This document shows positions 33,467 to 44,933 of a stretch of DNA of 64,000 nucleotides, one piece after another. Position 1 is the stretch's first letter. Each line of letters opens with the position of its first letter. Under the pieces are notes generated by a model. That model was not told the DNA's origin. It saw only the letters and a program-made list of their open reading frames with translations, and searched no databases. This DNA is from an uncultured cyanobacterium (lineage in GTDB: Bacteria; Cyanobacteriota; Cyanobacteriia; Cyanobacteriales; Nostocaceae): NCBI GenBank assembly GCA_963706595.1, contig OY970166.1, positions 128,001-192,000 of the forward strand, given 5' to 3'. A program made the translations under genes and the position numbers.

Positions 33467-34600
33467 TCAATTCCTATTCACATCCTCTAAACGCGAAGTT
33501 TCCAAACGATTCATCCATTTTTGCAAATAGACATGATTCGCAGTTTGTTCAGATGCATCTTGAGTATCCAGAGGATAAGGCATCAGTCCCAAAATCGTTG
33601 CTGTCGTCACACAAAACATTGACTTTTGGAAGCTGATACAAATTTGCACGCGTAAATCATCTTCACCCCGAAGACTGCGACGATAAATGTTGTGTAAATA
33701 ATCAGGAAGATAATGACGCATATCCTGCATCAGCAAAGTGGGAGGAATACCAGCACCACCGATAGGCAAAGGATCAGCATATAGTGCGCCATACTGAAAT
33801 CGACTTTGATCTAGGGGAATTTGATATGCTTGGGCATTGTAGGAAACTGTGCCATGAAAAGGAGTTCCCCGAAAGAACACCGCTTCTACATAAGGGATGG
33901 CTGTATCTGCAAGAAAAGTTAAACCCTGAGATTTCGGAATGATTTCATAGACTTGATTTTCAATTTTAACAGCGTAGGTAATAGGCTTTACCGCATCTGC
34001 TACCAATGCATTTTTAATGTGGTCTACAACTTCAGGTATAGTTTGAATTTCGCCTCGGTCGTAGCGGTCTGATAAATCCAGGAACATATCAGCCATCACC
34101 CGCCAAAATTGACCTAAACCAGTGTAATAAGCCGAGACGCGCAGCATTTCCGTTAAAAAGTCAGGAAATAGTTGGTTTAATCCCATGATGATGGGATTAT
34201 TTTTAAATTTTGCTTGAATAACTGCTTGCGCTCTTTCTTGAAATTCTGGTGTATCTAAATATTGATCTAGTCCTCCACCACCATGCCACATCATGGCCTT
34301 CATACAATATTCGGCATATTCAAAGTTAATTCTGTCATGCCACCAATGACGCATTAATTTAGAGAAAGAAATCTCGCCATTAAAGTATTTAAAAAACGGG
34401 AAAAATATCAAAAATTGATGTTCAGCAATATAAATAAGATTATTTGAATAGGCATCTAAAACTACACCATAGCTTTTGAGTATGCCGACTACTTCCAATA
34501 CATTATCTGGACTATCGGGAAGTAATGCACCTCCTTTTTGTAGGCGTTCGATATATTCTGCTAAAGGATGATTAGCAGGTTTTTTGCTTTTAGTTACCAT
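33467..34600 (-). CDS. cupB: CO2 hydration protein CupB (ChpX)
   Basis: EVVGILKSYGVVLDAY, HDRINFEYAEYC and PPTLLMQDMRH. 377 aa, downstream of ndhD4/ndhF4. Confidence 0.92.
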   Translation of the reverse strand: MVTKSKKPANHPLAEYIERLQKGGALLPDSPDNVLEVVGILKSYGVVLDAYSNNLIYIAEHQFLIFFPFFKYFNGEISFSKLMRHWWHDRINFEYAEYCMKAMMWHGGGGLDQYLDTPEFQERAQAVIQAKFKNNPIIMGLNQLFPDFLTEMLRVSAYYTGLGQFWRVMADMFLDLSDRYDRGEIQTIPEVVDHIKNALVADAVKPITYAVKIENQVYEIIPKSQGLTFLADTAIPYVEAVFFRGTPFHGTVSYNAQAYQIPLDQSRFQYGALYADPLPIGGAGIPPTLLMQDMRHYLPDYLHNIYRRSLRGEDDLRVQICISFQKSMFCVTTATILGLMPYPLDTQDASEQTANHVYLQKWMNRLETSRLEDVNRN

Positions 34601-34696
34601 GACCAGTTCTCCACGATTTACAGGTTTTAGGGATGAGGTATTCGGTATTCGGTATTAGGAACACTCTTCCCCAGTCCCCAGTCCCTAGTCCCGATA

Positions 34697-36199
34697 TTAA
34701 GTTTTGCTTTTTGCTTTATCTAAAGACACTGTAGCTACTACATTTTGGGTATTAACCATAGCGGTGATTGTCGGTTCAGTCCAGCGCACTAACCAAGCGG
34801 GTTGAATGCCTAAAATTACAATTAACACTGCTAAAATTACGGCAGGTATGCGATCGCTCCAAAATACGCGCGGTAAGTTGGTAACTTGTGCCGATAATCG
34901 CCCAAAAAAGGCACGATCCATCAGAATTAAGAAGTAAACGGCAGTTAAGCCTGTACCAATCATAGATATCAGGGTCTGCAAGGGAAAAACGGGATAACTA
35001 CCCCGAAAAACGATAAATTCGGAAATAAAGCCCACCATTCCCGGTACACCAGCGCTGGCCATGACTCCTAAAACCATTAAACTACCAATTACGGGTAAAC
35101 CCCGTTCTGGGTTCAACAGTCCTTTAATTACATTTAAGTCACGGCTACCAGCTTTTTTGTAAACAACCCCTACCAGCAAAAACAGCAGTGCAGAAATCAA
35201 GCCGTGGCTAATCATTTGCATGACAGCGCCCAAGGTGCTTAAAGGTGTAGCCGCAGCCGCCGCTAAGAGGATGTAACCCATGTGTCCAATTGAACTATAG
35301 GCTACCATTTTTTTCATATCTGTTTGCGCGATCGCACAGGATGAGCCAAATAGTACACTGATTACAGCCCAAGTTGCTAACCAAGGAGCTAAATAAGTCC
35401 AAGCTTCTGGTAACAAGTTCATCCCAAAGCGCAGTAAACCATAGGTTCCTAACTTCAATAACACTCCCGCCAACAGCACAGAAATGGGTGTAGAAGCTTC
35501 CACGTGGGCATCTGGTAGCCAGGTGTGAAAGGGAACCAAGGGAATCTTAATCCCAAAACCGATTAAAATTCCTCCTAGTAGTAATAGCTGAGTTGTCAAA
35601 GACAAAGTTGAGGTATCTAAACTTTCTAGTGCAAAACTAGCAGAACCACTCAGCCAAACCATACCCAGGAAACTTGCCAAAATTAAGATGCCAGAAACAG
35701 CCGTATAAATCAGAAATTTTGTGGCTGCATAACTGCGTCTTGCACCGCCCCAAATGGCAATTAACAGATATAAAGGTATTAGTTCCAGTTCATAAAACAG
35801 GAAAAATAATAATAAATCTTGTGCCAAAAATGCTCCTATCACCCCAGCACTTAACAGCAGGATTAAGGAGTAATAAAATCTCGGACGCTGAAGGGTTGCA
35901 TCACTGCTGTAAATGGCAATACAAGTTAACAGTCCATTCAAAAGCAGTAACGGTAAAGATAAACCATCTATGCCTAAATTATAATTCAAGCCCAAAGAAT
36001 CAATCCAGGGGATAAACTCGGCAAACTGCTGATTGACTTCTGCCGGATTGAATTTTATTGCTAGTAAAATTGTCCACAAGAAAATCAGAATGGCGAACAG
36101 GAAAGCCACTCTGCGAGAAAGTTTCCCACTCATTTGTGTAGGCCAGAAACCGATTAAAGCTGCACCCAATAACGGCAGTAAAATTAATGCACTCAGCAT
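34697..36199 (-). CDS. ndhD4: NDH-1 subunit D4 (CO2 uptake)
   Basis: NuoM-like PFHTWLPDAHVEA and LLKLGTYG, in an operon with cupB. Confidence 0.9.
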   Translation of the reverse strand: MLSALILLPLLGAALIGFWPTQMSGKLSRRVAFLFAILIFLWTILLAIKFNPAEVNQQFAEFIPWIDSLGLNYNLGIDGLSLPLLLLNGLLTCIAIYSSDATLQRPRFYYSLILLLSAGVIGAFLAQDLLLFFLFYELELIPLYLLIAIWGGARRSYAATKFLIYTAVSGILILASFLGMVWLSGSASFALESLDTSTLSLTTQLLLLGGILIGFGIKIPLVPFHTWLPDAHVEASTPISVLLAGVLLKLGTYGLLRFGMNLLPEAWTYLAPWLATWAVISVLFGSSCAIAQTDMKKMVAYSSIGHMGYILLAAAAATPLSTLGAVMQMISHGLISALLFLLVGVVYKKAGSRDLNVIKGLLNPERGLPVIGSLMVLGVMASAGVPGMVGFISEFIVFRGSYPVFPLQTLISMIGTGLTAVYFLILMDRAFFGRLSAQVTNLPRVFWSDRIPAVILAVLIVILGIQPAWLVRWTEPTITAMVNTQNVVATVSLDKAKSKT

Positions 36200-36252
36200 A
36201 GGCAGAACGAGGTAATAGGAGACAAGAAAAAAAGCAAAAAAATAATCTTATT

Positions 36253-36332
36253 GTAGAGACGCGATTCATCGCGTCTTTATTCATCTTTGATCATCGCGTC
36301 TTTATTCATCGCTTTGATTAATCGCCTCTTTA
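36253..36332. repeat. GTAGAGACGCGATTCATCGCGTC palindrome with tandem partial re-duplications
   Basis: catcgcgtctttattcatc repeated between ndhF4 and ndhD4. Confidence 0.65.
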
Positions 36333-36335
36333 CTT

Positions 36336-38192
36336 TTAAAAAGGTAATTTATCTAATAGACCTAACGACCAGCTAATAAAAAAGCCCAAGACGCTAATCA
36401 CTACGAGTATGGTCAACATATACCCTTGAGATTGACCAGAAATGCTGTATTTTAAACCTTGTCCGCCGAGAATTGTGGCAAATCCTACCAAGTTGACAAA
36501 ACCATCAACGAGATAGCGATCGCTCCAAGCAGAAAACTTCGATAGCAGGGCAACTGCATTGACTATCGTCAGCTTATAAATTCTATCAATGTAAAAATCA
36601 TAACCCAATAAGTCTTGCATAAATCTCCAGATCAGGATTCTGGAGCGTGACCATGCTTTATGCAGATACATTGTAGACCCTATAGCTACCCCAATGACAG
36701 TAGAAGAAAGCAGTATTAATAAGATGTACCAATCAAGACTTTCCCAATTGGGCAGCAGAAACCATTGCTGTAACATCAGGGGTAACAGTAAAGTTACCAC
36801 AGTCAGTGAAACCATGGGTAATGCCATCTGCCAGCCAACTTCCGGAGAACGCCGAGTTTTTTGTTGTGGTTTACCCCAAAATATTAATCTGAAGACTCGC
36901 GTCAAGTTCAAGGCTGTTAAGCCGTTGACTAATACTAAGATGGCAATTACCCAAGGGCTAGCATGAACTAAGCCGTCAGCCCATGCCAGCATAGACCAGA
37001 AGCTTCCCAGTGGTAGCAGTGTTACCATGCCCGCAGAACCAACAATAAAGGCGGTGGTGGTGGCTGGCATCCGTGACCACAATCCACCCATTTCTGTTAA
37101 ATCTTGGGTGCTAGTGGTGTAAATTACTGAACCGGAACTCATGAATAATAATGCTTTAGCGATCGCATGAGTTAACAGCAACATTAAGGCCACACCACCT
37201 TGTTCTAAACCCACGGCTAAAAAGACCAAGCCCATATATGCACTCGTGGAATGCGAGAGGGCGCGCTTAATATCAGTTTGCGCCAGTGCCACCAATGTTG
37301 CACCCACTGCCGTCAAAGTCCCTAGCACAACTAAGGTATCTAAAGCAATTGGGGACAGCGCTAATATTGGCTGAAGTTTATACAACACATACGCCCCACC
37401 ACCGACAACCAAAGAATTCCGCATCACTGAAGCCGGGTTAGGCCCTTCCATCGCTTCATCTAACCACAGGTGTAACGGAAATTGAGCGCATTTACCAGCC
37501 GGACCCGCAATCAATGCCAAACCCAGTAAACTCGATGTCAGTGGACTTAACTCAGCCGTTTGCGCCCATTCATATAAGTCAGAAAAATTCAAACTACCTG
37601 CTATAGTCGAAAGCGTGACTACGCCCATTAACAGTAGTAAATCTCCCACCCGCTTCGTTAAAAAAGCATCTCGCGCCGCCGTCACCACTAGGGGTTGAGC
37701 ATACCAGAAACCCACTAATAGGTAAGTAGAAAGAGTGAGAACTTCCAAAAGAGCATAGCTCAAAAACAAAGAATCACTGATGGCTAAACCAGACAGCGCC
37801 ATTTCAAAAAAGCCCACTAAGGCAAAGAAACGTGCCAGCGACCAGTCCTTTTCCATGTATCCCAGGGCATAAACTTGTGCTAACAGACTTAATCCGGTAA
37901 TTAAAACTGTAGCCCCGATGCTGACTGGTGACAGTTCCAAGGCAAACGATAAGTTAAAATCCGCAGCTTGGAACCAATTTATCACTAAAATTTCTGGTTC
38001 TTGATCCCAAATGTGCTTAAATACCAACAGGCTATGGGCAAAACCCGCAATAGTCGTTAACAAGTTCAAATATGCCGCTGGTCTAGGGCCTGTACGTTGA
38101 ATAATTCCCATTCCCCAGGGCAAAGTTACAAGTGCGCCAATTAAGCTATAAAATGGCACGCACCAACTTGTTGAAAATAGAAACTGATCCAT
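36336..38192 (-). CDS. ndhF4: NDH-1 subunit F4 (CO2 uptake)
   Basis: NuoL-like GKCAQFPLHLWLDEAMEGP, TGPRPAAY. Confidence 0.9.
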   Translation of the reverse strand: MDQFLFSTSWCVPFYSLIGALVTLPWGMGIIQRTGPRPAAYLNLLTTIAGFAHSLLVFKHIWDQEPEILVINWFQAADFNLSFALELSPVSIGATVLITGLSLLAQVYALGYMEKDWSLARFFALVGFFEMALSGLAISDSLFLSYALLEVLTLSTYLLVGFWYAQPLVVTAARDAFLTKRVGDLLLLMGVVTLSTIAGSLNFSDLYEWAQTAELSPLTSSLLGLALIAGPAGKCAQFPLHLWLDEAMEGPNPASVMRNSLVVGGGAYVLYKLQPILALSPIALDTLVVLGTLTAVGATLVALAQTDIKRALSHSTSAYMGLVFLAVGLEQGGVALMLLLTHAIAKALLFMSSGSVIYTTSTQDLTEMGGLWSRMPATTTAFIVGSAGMVTLLPLGSFWSMLAWADGLVHASPWVIAILVLVNGLTALNLTRVFRLIFWGKPQQKTRRSPEVGWQMALPMVSLTVVTLLLPLMLQQWFLLPNWESLDWYILLILLSSTVIGVAIGSTMYLHKAWSRSRILIWRFMQDLLGYDFYIDRIYKLTIVNAVALLSKFSAWSDRYLVDGFVNLVGFATILGGQGLKYSISGQSQGYMLTILVVISVLGFFISWSLGLLDKLPF

Positions 38193-38851
38193 TGCAATTT
38201 TCCTTGACGACTCAGCCTTGATTTCTTTTTAAATATCCTTAAAACAATCATTTACTAAAAAAACAGTTCCTCCCACATAAATCTCTGGTTTTTTTAACTA
38301 TTTCCTGCTTAAATCTTGAATGAGTATTTTTTATTTAGCTTACCTTATTGTGGTATATTCAATATAACTTTACATATTTAAAAGCATTTACTCCTATTAC
38401 ATCATTTGTGCTTATAAATTCCTATTTCTATTTTCAGCAAATAAATTTATCCGATATATTTAAAAAAGTTATATATTTTTTACGTAATCGTTGTTGCCGT
38501 CCTCAAATCGGGCAAACTTAGAGATGGCAGAATGTACAGACATCAATATCCCCTTACCGGAATTGATTGCCCTCGCTATGAATGTCATTTTTTCAATGTC
38601 ATAAAAAAATTATAAAGCATAAGCGGCTGCGCCAGTAATCGATTAACTTCGATGGAGCAGAACGCGGTATAAATATTTGTTAAGTTTTTTAAAACTATTT
38701 TATCATAAACTATTATACTAATTTATATTGCCAGGAAGACCAAGCTTTCCTATGCTTAATATAGAAGTGTTTTTATGGCTCAAGATGGGCCATTCCCGTT
38801 AAACATTTCACAACACAGTACTGATCGGATTAAAATTTTAGGAGTTCTGCG

Positions 38852-39160
38852 ATGCCAATTGCAGTGGGAATGATTGAGACTAAAGGCTTTCCAGCAGTAG
38901 TAGAAGCTGCTGACGCGATGGTGAAGGCCGCGCGTGTTACGTTAGTAGGATATGAAAAAATTGGTAGCGCTAGGGTAACGGTGATTGTGCGGGGAGATGT
39001 ATCCGAAGTGCAAGCTTCGGTCTCTGCTGGCGTTGAAGCGGCCAGAAGAGTGAATGGTGGTGAAGTATTATCAACTCACATCATTGCCCGTCCCCACGAA
39101 AACCTAGAATACGTCTTGCCGATCCGGTATACGGAAGCTGTAGAACAGTTCCGCACTTAA
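38852..39160 (+). CDS. ccmK2: Carboxysome shell protein CcmK2
   Basis: BMC domain, 102 aa, first gene of the ccm operon. Confidence 0.88.
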   Translation: MPIAVGMIETKGFPAVVEAADAMVKAARVTLVGYEKIGSARVTVIVRGDVSEVQASVSAGVEAARRVNGGEVLSTHIIARPHENLEYVLPIRYTEAVEQFRT

Positions 39161-39254
39161 AAGCTGATTAAACAAACAAAGTAATGAACAGGGTTACTGC
39201 CTTGAGCGCAACTTTTGTCAAGGACTAAAAACTTTAAATTCAGGATTAGAACTA

Positions 39255-39599
39255 ATGTCAATCGCAGTAGGAATGGTAGAAACGCTGGGCTTTCCAGCAG
39301 TAGTTGAAGCGGCTGATGCGATGGTGAAAGCCGCTCGCGTTACGTTGGTGGGTTATGAAAAAATCGGTAGCGGTCGAGTTACAGTCATCGTTCGCGGTGA
39401 CGTTTCCGAAGTGCAAGCTTCCGTGGGTGCTGGAGTAGAATCAGTCAAACGAGTCCACGGTGGAGAAGTATTATCTACCCATATCATTGCTCGTCCCCAC
39501 GAAAACTTGGAATACGTCCTACCAATTCGTTATACCGAAGACGTAGAACAATTCCGGGAAAATGTCAACGCGATTCGTCCTTTTGGTAGAAGACCGTAA
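39255..39599 (+). CDS. ccmK1: Carboxysome shell protein CcmK1
   Basis: BMC domain with the C-terminal extension [13 protein letters not shown]. Confidence 0.88.
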   Translation: MSIAVGMVETLGFPAVVEAADAMVKAARVTLVGYEKIGSGRVTVIVRGDVSEVQASVGAGVESVKRVHGGEVLSTHIIARPHENLEYVLPIRYTEDVEQFRENVNAIRPFGRRP

Positions 39600-39605
39600 T
39601 TCGTA

Positions 39606-39908
39606 ATGCAAATTGCCAAAGTTCGTGGCACAGTAGTCGGCACGCAAAAAGATCCAAGTCTTCGAGGTGTCAAACTACTGTTGTTGCAATTAGTCGATGA
39701 AGAAGGAAATCTCCTGCCCAGCTACGAGGTAGCAGCAGATACCGTAGGTGCAGGAGCAGATGAGTGGGTGCTAGTCACTCGTGGTAGTGCCGCTCGTCAA
39801 ATTCTCGGTAACGAACAGCGTCCTTTGGATGCAGCAGTAGTGGCGATTATTGATACCATTCATTTGGAAAATCGCCTTATGTACAGCAAAAAAGAGCAGT
39901 ATCGATAG
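39606..39908 (+). CDS. ccmL: Carboxysome vertex protein CcmL
   Basis: MQIAKVRGTVV, VAADTVGAG and GSAAR. Confidence 0.95.
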   Translation: MQIAKVRGTVVGTQKDPSLRGVKLLLLQLVDEEGNLLPSYEVAADTVGAGADEWVLVTRGSAARQILGNEQRPLDAAVVAIIDTIHLENRLMYSKKEQYR

Positions 39909-39996
39909 TCAGTGAACAGTAAACAGTGAGCAGTGAGCAGTAAAAAGACTGATAACTGATAACTGACAAAAAGCTTAATTCAGGAGGAATCTCGCA

Positions 39997-41677
39997 ATGG
40001 TAGTCCGCAGCACGGCAGCACCCCCAACCCCGTGGTCGAGGAATTTAGCCGAGCCAAAAATCCATGAAAGCGCATTTGTACATCCGGCTTCCAACATTAT
40101 TGGAGATGTCCGGATAGGCGCAAATGTAATCGTCGCTCCGGGGACCTCGATTAGAGCGGATGAAGGTACACCTTTTTGTATTGGTGAAAATACTAATATT
40201 CAAGATGGTGTAGTAATTCATGGATTGGATCAAGGCCGAGTCATTGGTGATGACCAAAATCAATACTCGGTATGGGTGGGGAAAAATGTTTCTATTACCC
40301 ACATGGCACTGATTCATGGGCCGGCCTATGTAGGCGATGATGCCTTCATTGGTTTTCGTTCCACGGTATTTAACGCTAGAGTCGGTGCAGGCTGCGTCAT
40401 CATGATGCACGCTTTAATTAAAGATGTAGAAATTCCTCCAGGTAAGTATGTACCTTCAGGATCAATCATTACTAGTCAGCATCAAGCTGACCGTTTGCCA
40501 AATGCTGAAGTTGCGGATCAGCAGTTCGCTCATCATGTGGTTGGGATTAATCAGTCTTTAAGAACTGGTTATTTGTGTGCTGCGGATAGCAAATGTATTG
40601 CACCCATTCGGGATGAGATTGCTAAATCTTATACAAATACTGGTATTACTGTTTTAGAGCTAGAAAGGAGTAGTGAAGTGTCGAGCAATAGCTTGGGTGC
40701 AGAAATCGTAGAACAGGTACGTTATCTTTTAAATCAAGGATTTAAAATTGGTACTGAACACGTAGATGAAAGACGTTTCCGGACTGGTTGTTGGCAGAGT
40801 TGCCAGCCCATTCAACCTGGATCAATCGGTGAAGCGATCGCAGCTTTAGAAAGCTGTCTGAGAGAGCATAGCGGCGATTATGTCCGGTTGTTTGGCATTG
40901 ATAATGGTAGACGGCGCGTGTTAGAAACCATTATTCAACGCCCTGATGGTGTAGTGAGTGGGATTAAATCTAGCGGCTTTAAAGCACCGGCTAGTAATGG
41001 TAATGGTAACGGTAATGGTCGTTACAGGTACTAATGGCAATGGTCACGTTGCCAGCAGTGGCGCACTGAGTAGCGAAACCATAGACCAAATTCGTAGTTT
41101 GCTGTCAAGCGGTTACAAAATTGGTACAGAACACGTAGATGAACGCCGTTTTCGGACTGGTTCTTGGAACAGCTGCAAACCCATTGAATCAACTTCTGCA
41201 AATGAAGTGATTGCTGCCTTGGAAGAATGTATAGAATCGCATCAAGGCGACTATGTGCGTTTAATCGGTATTGATGCCAAAGCCAAACGGCGGGTTTTAG
41301 AAAGCATTATCCAAAGACCAAACGGACAAGTTGCCCCATCTGATACCAAAAAATCCTTTAGCAGCAGCAGTTATGGCACTGCTACAGCCACAGCCACAGC
41401 TACCGCTACCAGTACCAAATTGAGTACTGAAGCAGTAGACCAAATCCGGCAAATTTTGGCTGGTGGATATAAAGTGAGTGCTGAACACGTAGATCAAAGA
41501 CGGTTCCGTACAGGTTCTTGGGCTAGCTGTGGTCAAATTGACACCAGATCCGACAGAGAAGCGATCGCCGTCTTGGAAGGATACCTCGCTGAATATCCTG
41601 AAGAATATGTGCGTTTGATTGGTATCGACACCAAAGCCAAACGCCGCATCTTAGAGACGATTATCCAACGTCCTTAA
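39997..41677 (+). CDS. ccmM: Carboxysome assembly protein CcmM (gamma-CA + 3 RbcS-like domains), frameshifted at ~41027
   Basis: Gamma-CA hexapeptides, then three EHVD.RRFRTG.W repeats split over two frames. Removing one base gives 559 aa. Confidence 0.93.
40666..40680 (+). promoter_or_regulatory. Internal RBS + in-frame GTG for the short CcmM isoform
   Basis: AGGAG-tagtgaa-GTG, in frame with ccmM just before the first RbcS-like domain. Confidence 0.75.
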
Positions 41678-41882
41678 AGAGAGGGGAGTAGGGAGTAGGA
41701 AAAAGAAGCAGGGGAGCAGGGAGCAGGGAGCAGGGGTGAGTTGGAAATTAGTTTACACTCACTCCCGGTTGCTTAACAACCGTTGCCCTTCAGCCTTCTC
41801 GCACCCTGCTCCATTCCCCTCTGCCTTTTCCCAGTCCCTCCTCAACACTGATATTTTTCCGGCTTCCGAGGTTAAAATTTCC

Positions 41883-42680
41883 ATGTCTGTGCCGCCACTG
41901 CACCTTTGCAACAACTTCGACTCTTACACGAGTGGCGAGGTGACTATTCATCCCAGCGCAGTACTTGCACCTGGAGTGATACTTCAAGCGGCTGTAAACA
42001 GCAAGATGATCATCGGGCCAGGGGTCTGTATTGGGATGGGGTCAATTCTCCAAGTGAGTGAAGGAACCCTAGAGGTAGAAGCTGGAGCAAACTTGGGAGC
42101 CGGTTTCTTGATGGTTGGCCAAGGTAAAATCGGCGCAAATGCTTGTGTTGGTTCAGCAACCACAGTTTTTAACTGTTCTATTGAGCCGGGAACAGTAATT
42201 CCCCCAGGCTCAATTTTGGGAGACACCAGCCGAAAAATTGAGGACACACAACAACTGGAATCATCCACTAATAATGGTGCGAGTACCAGTCATGAAGAAC
42301 AGCCAGAAGCAAAAAATAGTTTAGATGCAGATGAGGAGACAGTGATATCCTCAACTACCATCTCAGCAAAGACTTACTGGAAATTTAAACACCAATCTAC
42401 TTCCTCTTCTGAGTCTTCGCCTACATCGTCAAGCCAGCCAGCACCTGTAGAATCTCCACCTGTAGACCCTCCACCTGTAGAACCTCCACCTGTAGAAGAA
42501 AATACCAACGCTACTAATCCCATTCCCCAGAAACCAAAATCTAGTCAGCCTCCCACTGAATCGCCTAATAGTTTCGGTCATCAAATTTATGGACAAGTAA
42601 GTATAAGTAGATTATTAGTTACATTATTTCCCCATAGGCAAACCTTAAATGACTTCATTTCTGACGATCAGTCTGAGTAA
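41883..42680 (+). CDS. ccmN: Carboxysome assembly protein CcmN
   Basis: Hexapeptide N-terminus, Pro/Ser linker with four 15-nt PPVE-like repeats, and the encapsulation peptide IYGQVSISRLLVTLFPH. Confidence 0.92.
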   Translation: MSVPPLHLCNNFDSYTSGEVTIHPSAVLAPGVILQAAVNSKMIIGPGVCIGMGSILQVSEGTLEVEAGANLGAGFLMVGQGKIGANACVGSATTVFNCSIEPGTVIPPGSILGDTSRKIEDTQQLESSTNNGASTSHEEQPEAKNSLDADEETVISSTTISAKTYWKFKHQSTSSSESSPTSSSQPAPVESPPVDPPPVEPPPVEENTNATNPIPQKPKSSQPPTESPNSFGHQIYGQVSISRLLVTLFPHRQTLNDFISDDQSE

Positions 42681-42727
42681 GTGTTAATTGTTAGTTGTCG
42701 GTTTCGTGAGTAATTTGGAAAATTCAC

Positions 42728-43528
42728 ATGGAAACATCTAATCAACACTCTCTTAGCACAATTCGGAAATCCCGCCGTAGAGATAGTCTGAAAAATACTG
42801 CTTTAGGTTTAGTCTCTACCAGCAGCTTTCCCGCCATAGTGGGGACAGCAGATATGATGCTGAAATCGGCTGGTGTTCACCTAGTGGGGTATGAAAAAAT
42901 TGGTAGTGGCCAGTGTACGGCTATTGTCAGGGGTGGAATTGCTGATGTCCGTCTGGCGGTGGAAGCTGGTGTGCAAACTGCTGAACAGTTTGGTCAATTG
43001 GTTTCTAGTTTGGTAATTCCTCGGCCTTATCCTAACCTGGAGATAGTATTACCTATCAATAGCCGCCTGAGTAAATTGATGGAGGAAGGTAATCAAAGCA
43101 GTTTAAGTAACTTAGCCATTGGTTTAGTAGAAACGCGCGGTTTTCCGGCGATGGTGGGTGCTTGTGATGCGATGCTCAAAGCGGCTGATGTTCATTTAGC
43201 AGCTTATGAGAAAATTGGTGCGGGTTTGTGTACAGCCATTATTCGTGGCACTGTGGCTAATGTCGCCGTAGCAGTGGAAGCGGGAATGTTTGAGGCAGAA
43301 CGCATTGGGGAATTGAATGCAGTGATGGTGATTCCTCGTCCACTGGATGAAATGGAGAACACTTTGCCTTTAGCCAGTTGCTGGATTGAACACCGCGAAC
43401 CATTGAATATGCCTGTGAATGTCGAGGAACAGGTGGCCCAAATAGAAGTGCTACAATTGCCTGATTTATCCCAGATACCAGCAAAATTTGCGGAAGAAGT
43501 GACCGAAGAAATATGGAATGATGAATGA
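42728..43528 (+). CDS. ccmO: Tandem-BMC shell protein CcmO
   Basis: Two BMC domains, last gene of the ccm operon. Confidence 0.92.
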   Translation: METSNQHSLSTIRKSRRRDSLKNTALGLVSTSSFPAIVGTADMMLKSAGVHLVGYEKIGSGQCTAIVRGGIADVRLAVEAGVQTAEQFGQLVSSLVIPRPYPNLEIVLPINSRLSKLMEEGNQSSLSNLAIGLVETRGFPAMVGACDAMLKAADVHLAAYEKIGAGLCTAIIRGTVANVAVAVEAGMFEAERIGELNAVMVIPRPLDEMENTLPLASCWIEHREPLNMPVNVEEQVAQIEVLQLPDLSQIPAKFAEEVTEEIWNDE

Positions 43529-43686
43529 TGAATTACTGAGGATAAATGAGCCATTGTCGGCAATTCTCATTTAACTTTCGGCATTCAACATTCATCTTTT
43601 GTTGGAAGGCATCTTACGCTTTGTTTGTTGTTTTGATAATAACTTGTGATTACCATAAGTAAAACAAGTTTATTTTAATAACCTTC

Positions 43687-43702
43687 ATAGAGTTTTATCT
43701 AT
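43687..43702. promoter_or_regulatory. ATAG-N8-CTAT LysR-type operator upstream of the LysR gene
   Basis: atag-agttttat-ctat about 100 bp before the TTG start. It resembles the CcmR/NdhR-type box as I recall it. Confidence 0.45.
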
Positions 43703-43802
43703 ACTTTAATTCAGAACTTCGTATGGGTGATTCGGTATCATTGGCAAGTGTTCAGTGATACTAGATTTATAGATATAAATCGCTATTAGAGGAGAATCAC
43801 TC

Positions 43803-44756
43803 TTGAACCAGGCGACGCTACACCAGTTGAAGGTGTTCGAGGCGGCAGCAAGGCACAGTAGCTTTACTCGTGCGGCTGAGGAATTATTTCTGACTCAACC
43901 CACCGTGTCCATGCAAATTAAACAACTCACAAAATCAGTAGGGTTGCCATTATTTGAGCAGGTGGGAAAACGTCTCTTTTTGACAGAAGCCGGAAGAGAA
44001 TTATTTGCAACTTGTCGGCAGATTTTTGAAACCATAGCCCAGTTTGAGATGACTGTGGCGGATTTAAAAGGCTTAAAACAAGGACAATTACGCTTGGCGG
44101 TGATTACAACAGCAAAGTATTTTGTCCCCAGGTTATTAGGTCCATTTTGTCAACTGTATCCAGGAATTGAGATTTCCTTACAAGTAACGAACCACGAACG
44201 CATCTTGGAACGGATGGTGAATAATATGGATGACTTATACATTATGAGTCAAGTCCCAGAAAGTCTAGATGTCAGCTATGAACCATTTTTAGATAACCCT
44301 TTAGTAATGTTTGCACCGGTTAATCATCCTTTAGCAAAAGAGAAAAATATACCGATAGAAAGATTGACAAATGAACCTTTTATTATGCGAGAACCGGGTT
44401 CAGGAACTCGCCGGGCTGTGCAGCAACTGTTTGATCAACATGGCGTGAAGGTAAAAGTTAAGCTGGAGTTGGGGAGTAACGAAGCGATTAAACAAGCGAT
44501 CGCAGGTGGTTTAGGAATTTCGGTTTTATCGCGTCATACTTTAATGCCAGACTCTTCTGAGTTCAGCATTTTGGATGTAGAACACTTTCCCATCAAGCGA
44601 ACTTGGTTTATCGGGTATCCCTCTGGTAAACAGTTGTCTATCGTCGCTCGTACTTATTATGAGTATCTGCTGGAAGCAGCGAAAAAGTTTGTTGAGGAAA
44701 CTGGTTTTTCTGCTTACAGTCAAAGTGAGGATGTTCCCACTAGCCTTGGCGATTAA
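43803..44756 (+). CDS. cmpR: CbbR-like LysR regulator (CmpR/CcmR type)
   Basis: TLHQLKVF...SFTRAAEELFLTQPTVS, MREPGSGTR. The symbol rests on its position after ccmO. Confidence 0.7.
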   Translation: MNQATLHQLKVFEAAARHSSFTRAAEELFLTQPTVSMQIKQLTKSVGLPLFEQVGKRLFLTEAGRELFATCRQIFETIAQFEMTVADLKGLKQGQLRLAVITTAKYFVPRLLGPFCQLYPGIEISLQVTNHERILERMVNNMDDLYIMSQVPESLDVSYEPFLDNPLVMFAPVNHPLAKEKNIPIERLTNEPFIMREPGSGTRRAVQQLFDQHGVKVKVKLELGSNEAIKQAIAGGLGISVLSRHTLMPDSSEFSILDVEHFPIKRTWFIGYPSGKQLSIVARTYYEYLLEAAKKFVEETGFSAYSQSEDVPTSLGD

Positions 44757-44933
44757 AAGTCGCCGTGAAGTTAAAAGCCCTGGCGACTAGAAGTCGCGGC
44801 TATACAGACAAGGCGCGCAGCGGCTTCCCAGAGGGAAGGCCACCTGCGTGGGTTTCAAATCCTCAGATAAACCGCTCTCTTCCTGATTTGTCGGTGTTCT
44901 CTGTGCCTGCTGCTTCCGTTTATCTACAAAATG

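Noticed and set aside
41015..41034. Programmed ribosomal frameshifting in ccmM (or in ssb and rnc)
   Set aside because: No slippery heptamer or stimulatory structure is evident. Several similar indels point to sequencing error.
43748..43761. GTG-N8-TAC as an NtcA site before the LysR gene
   Set aside because: It is non-canonical and likely by chance without supporting promoter spacing.
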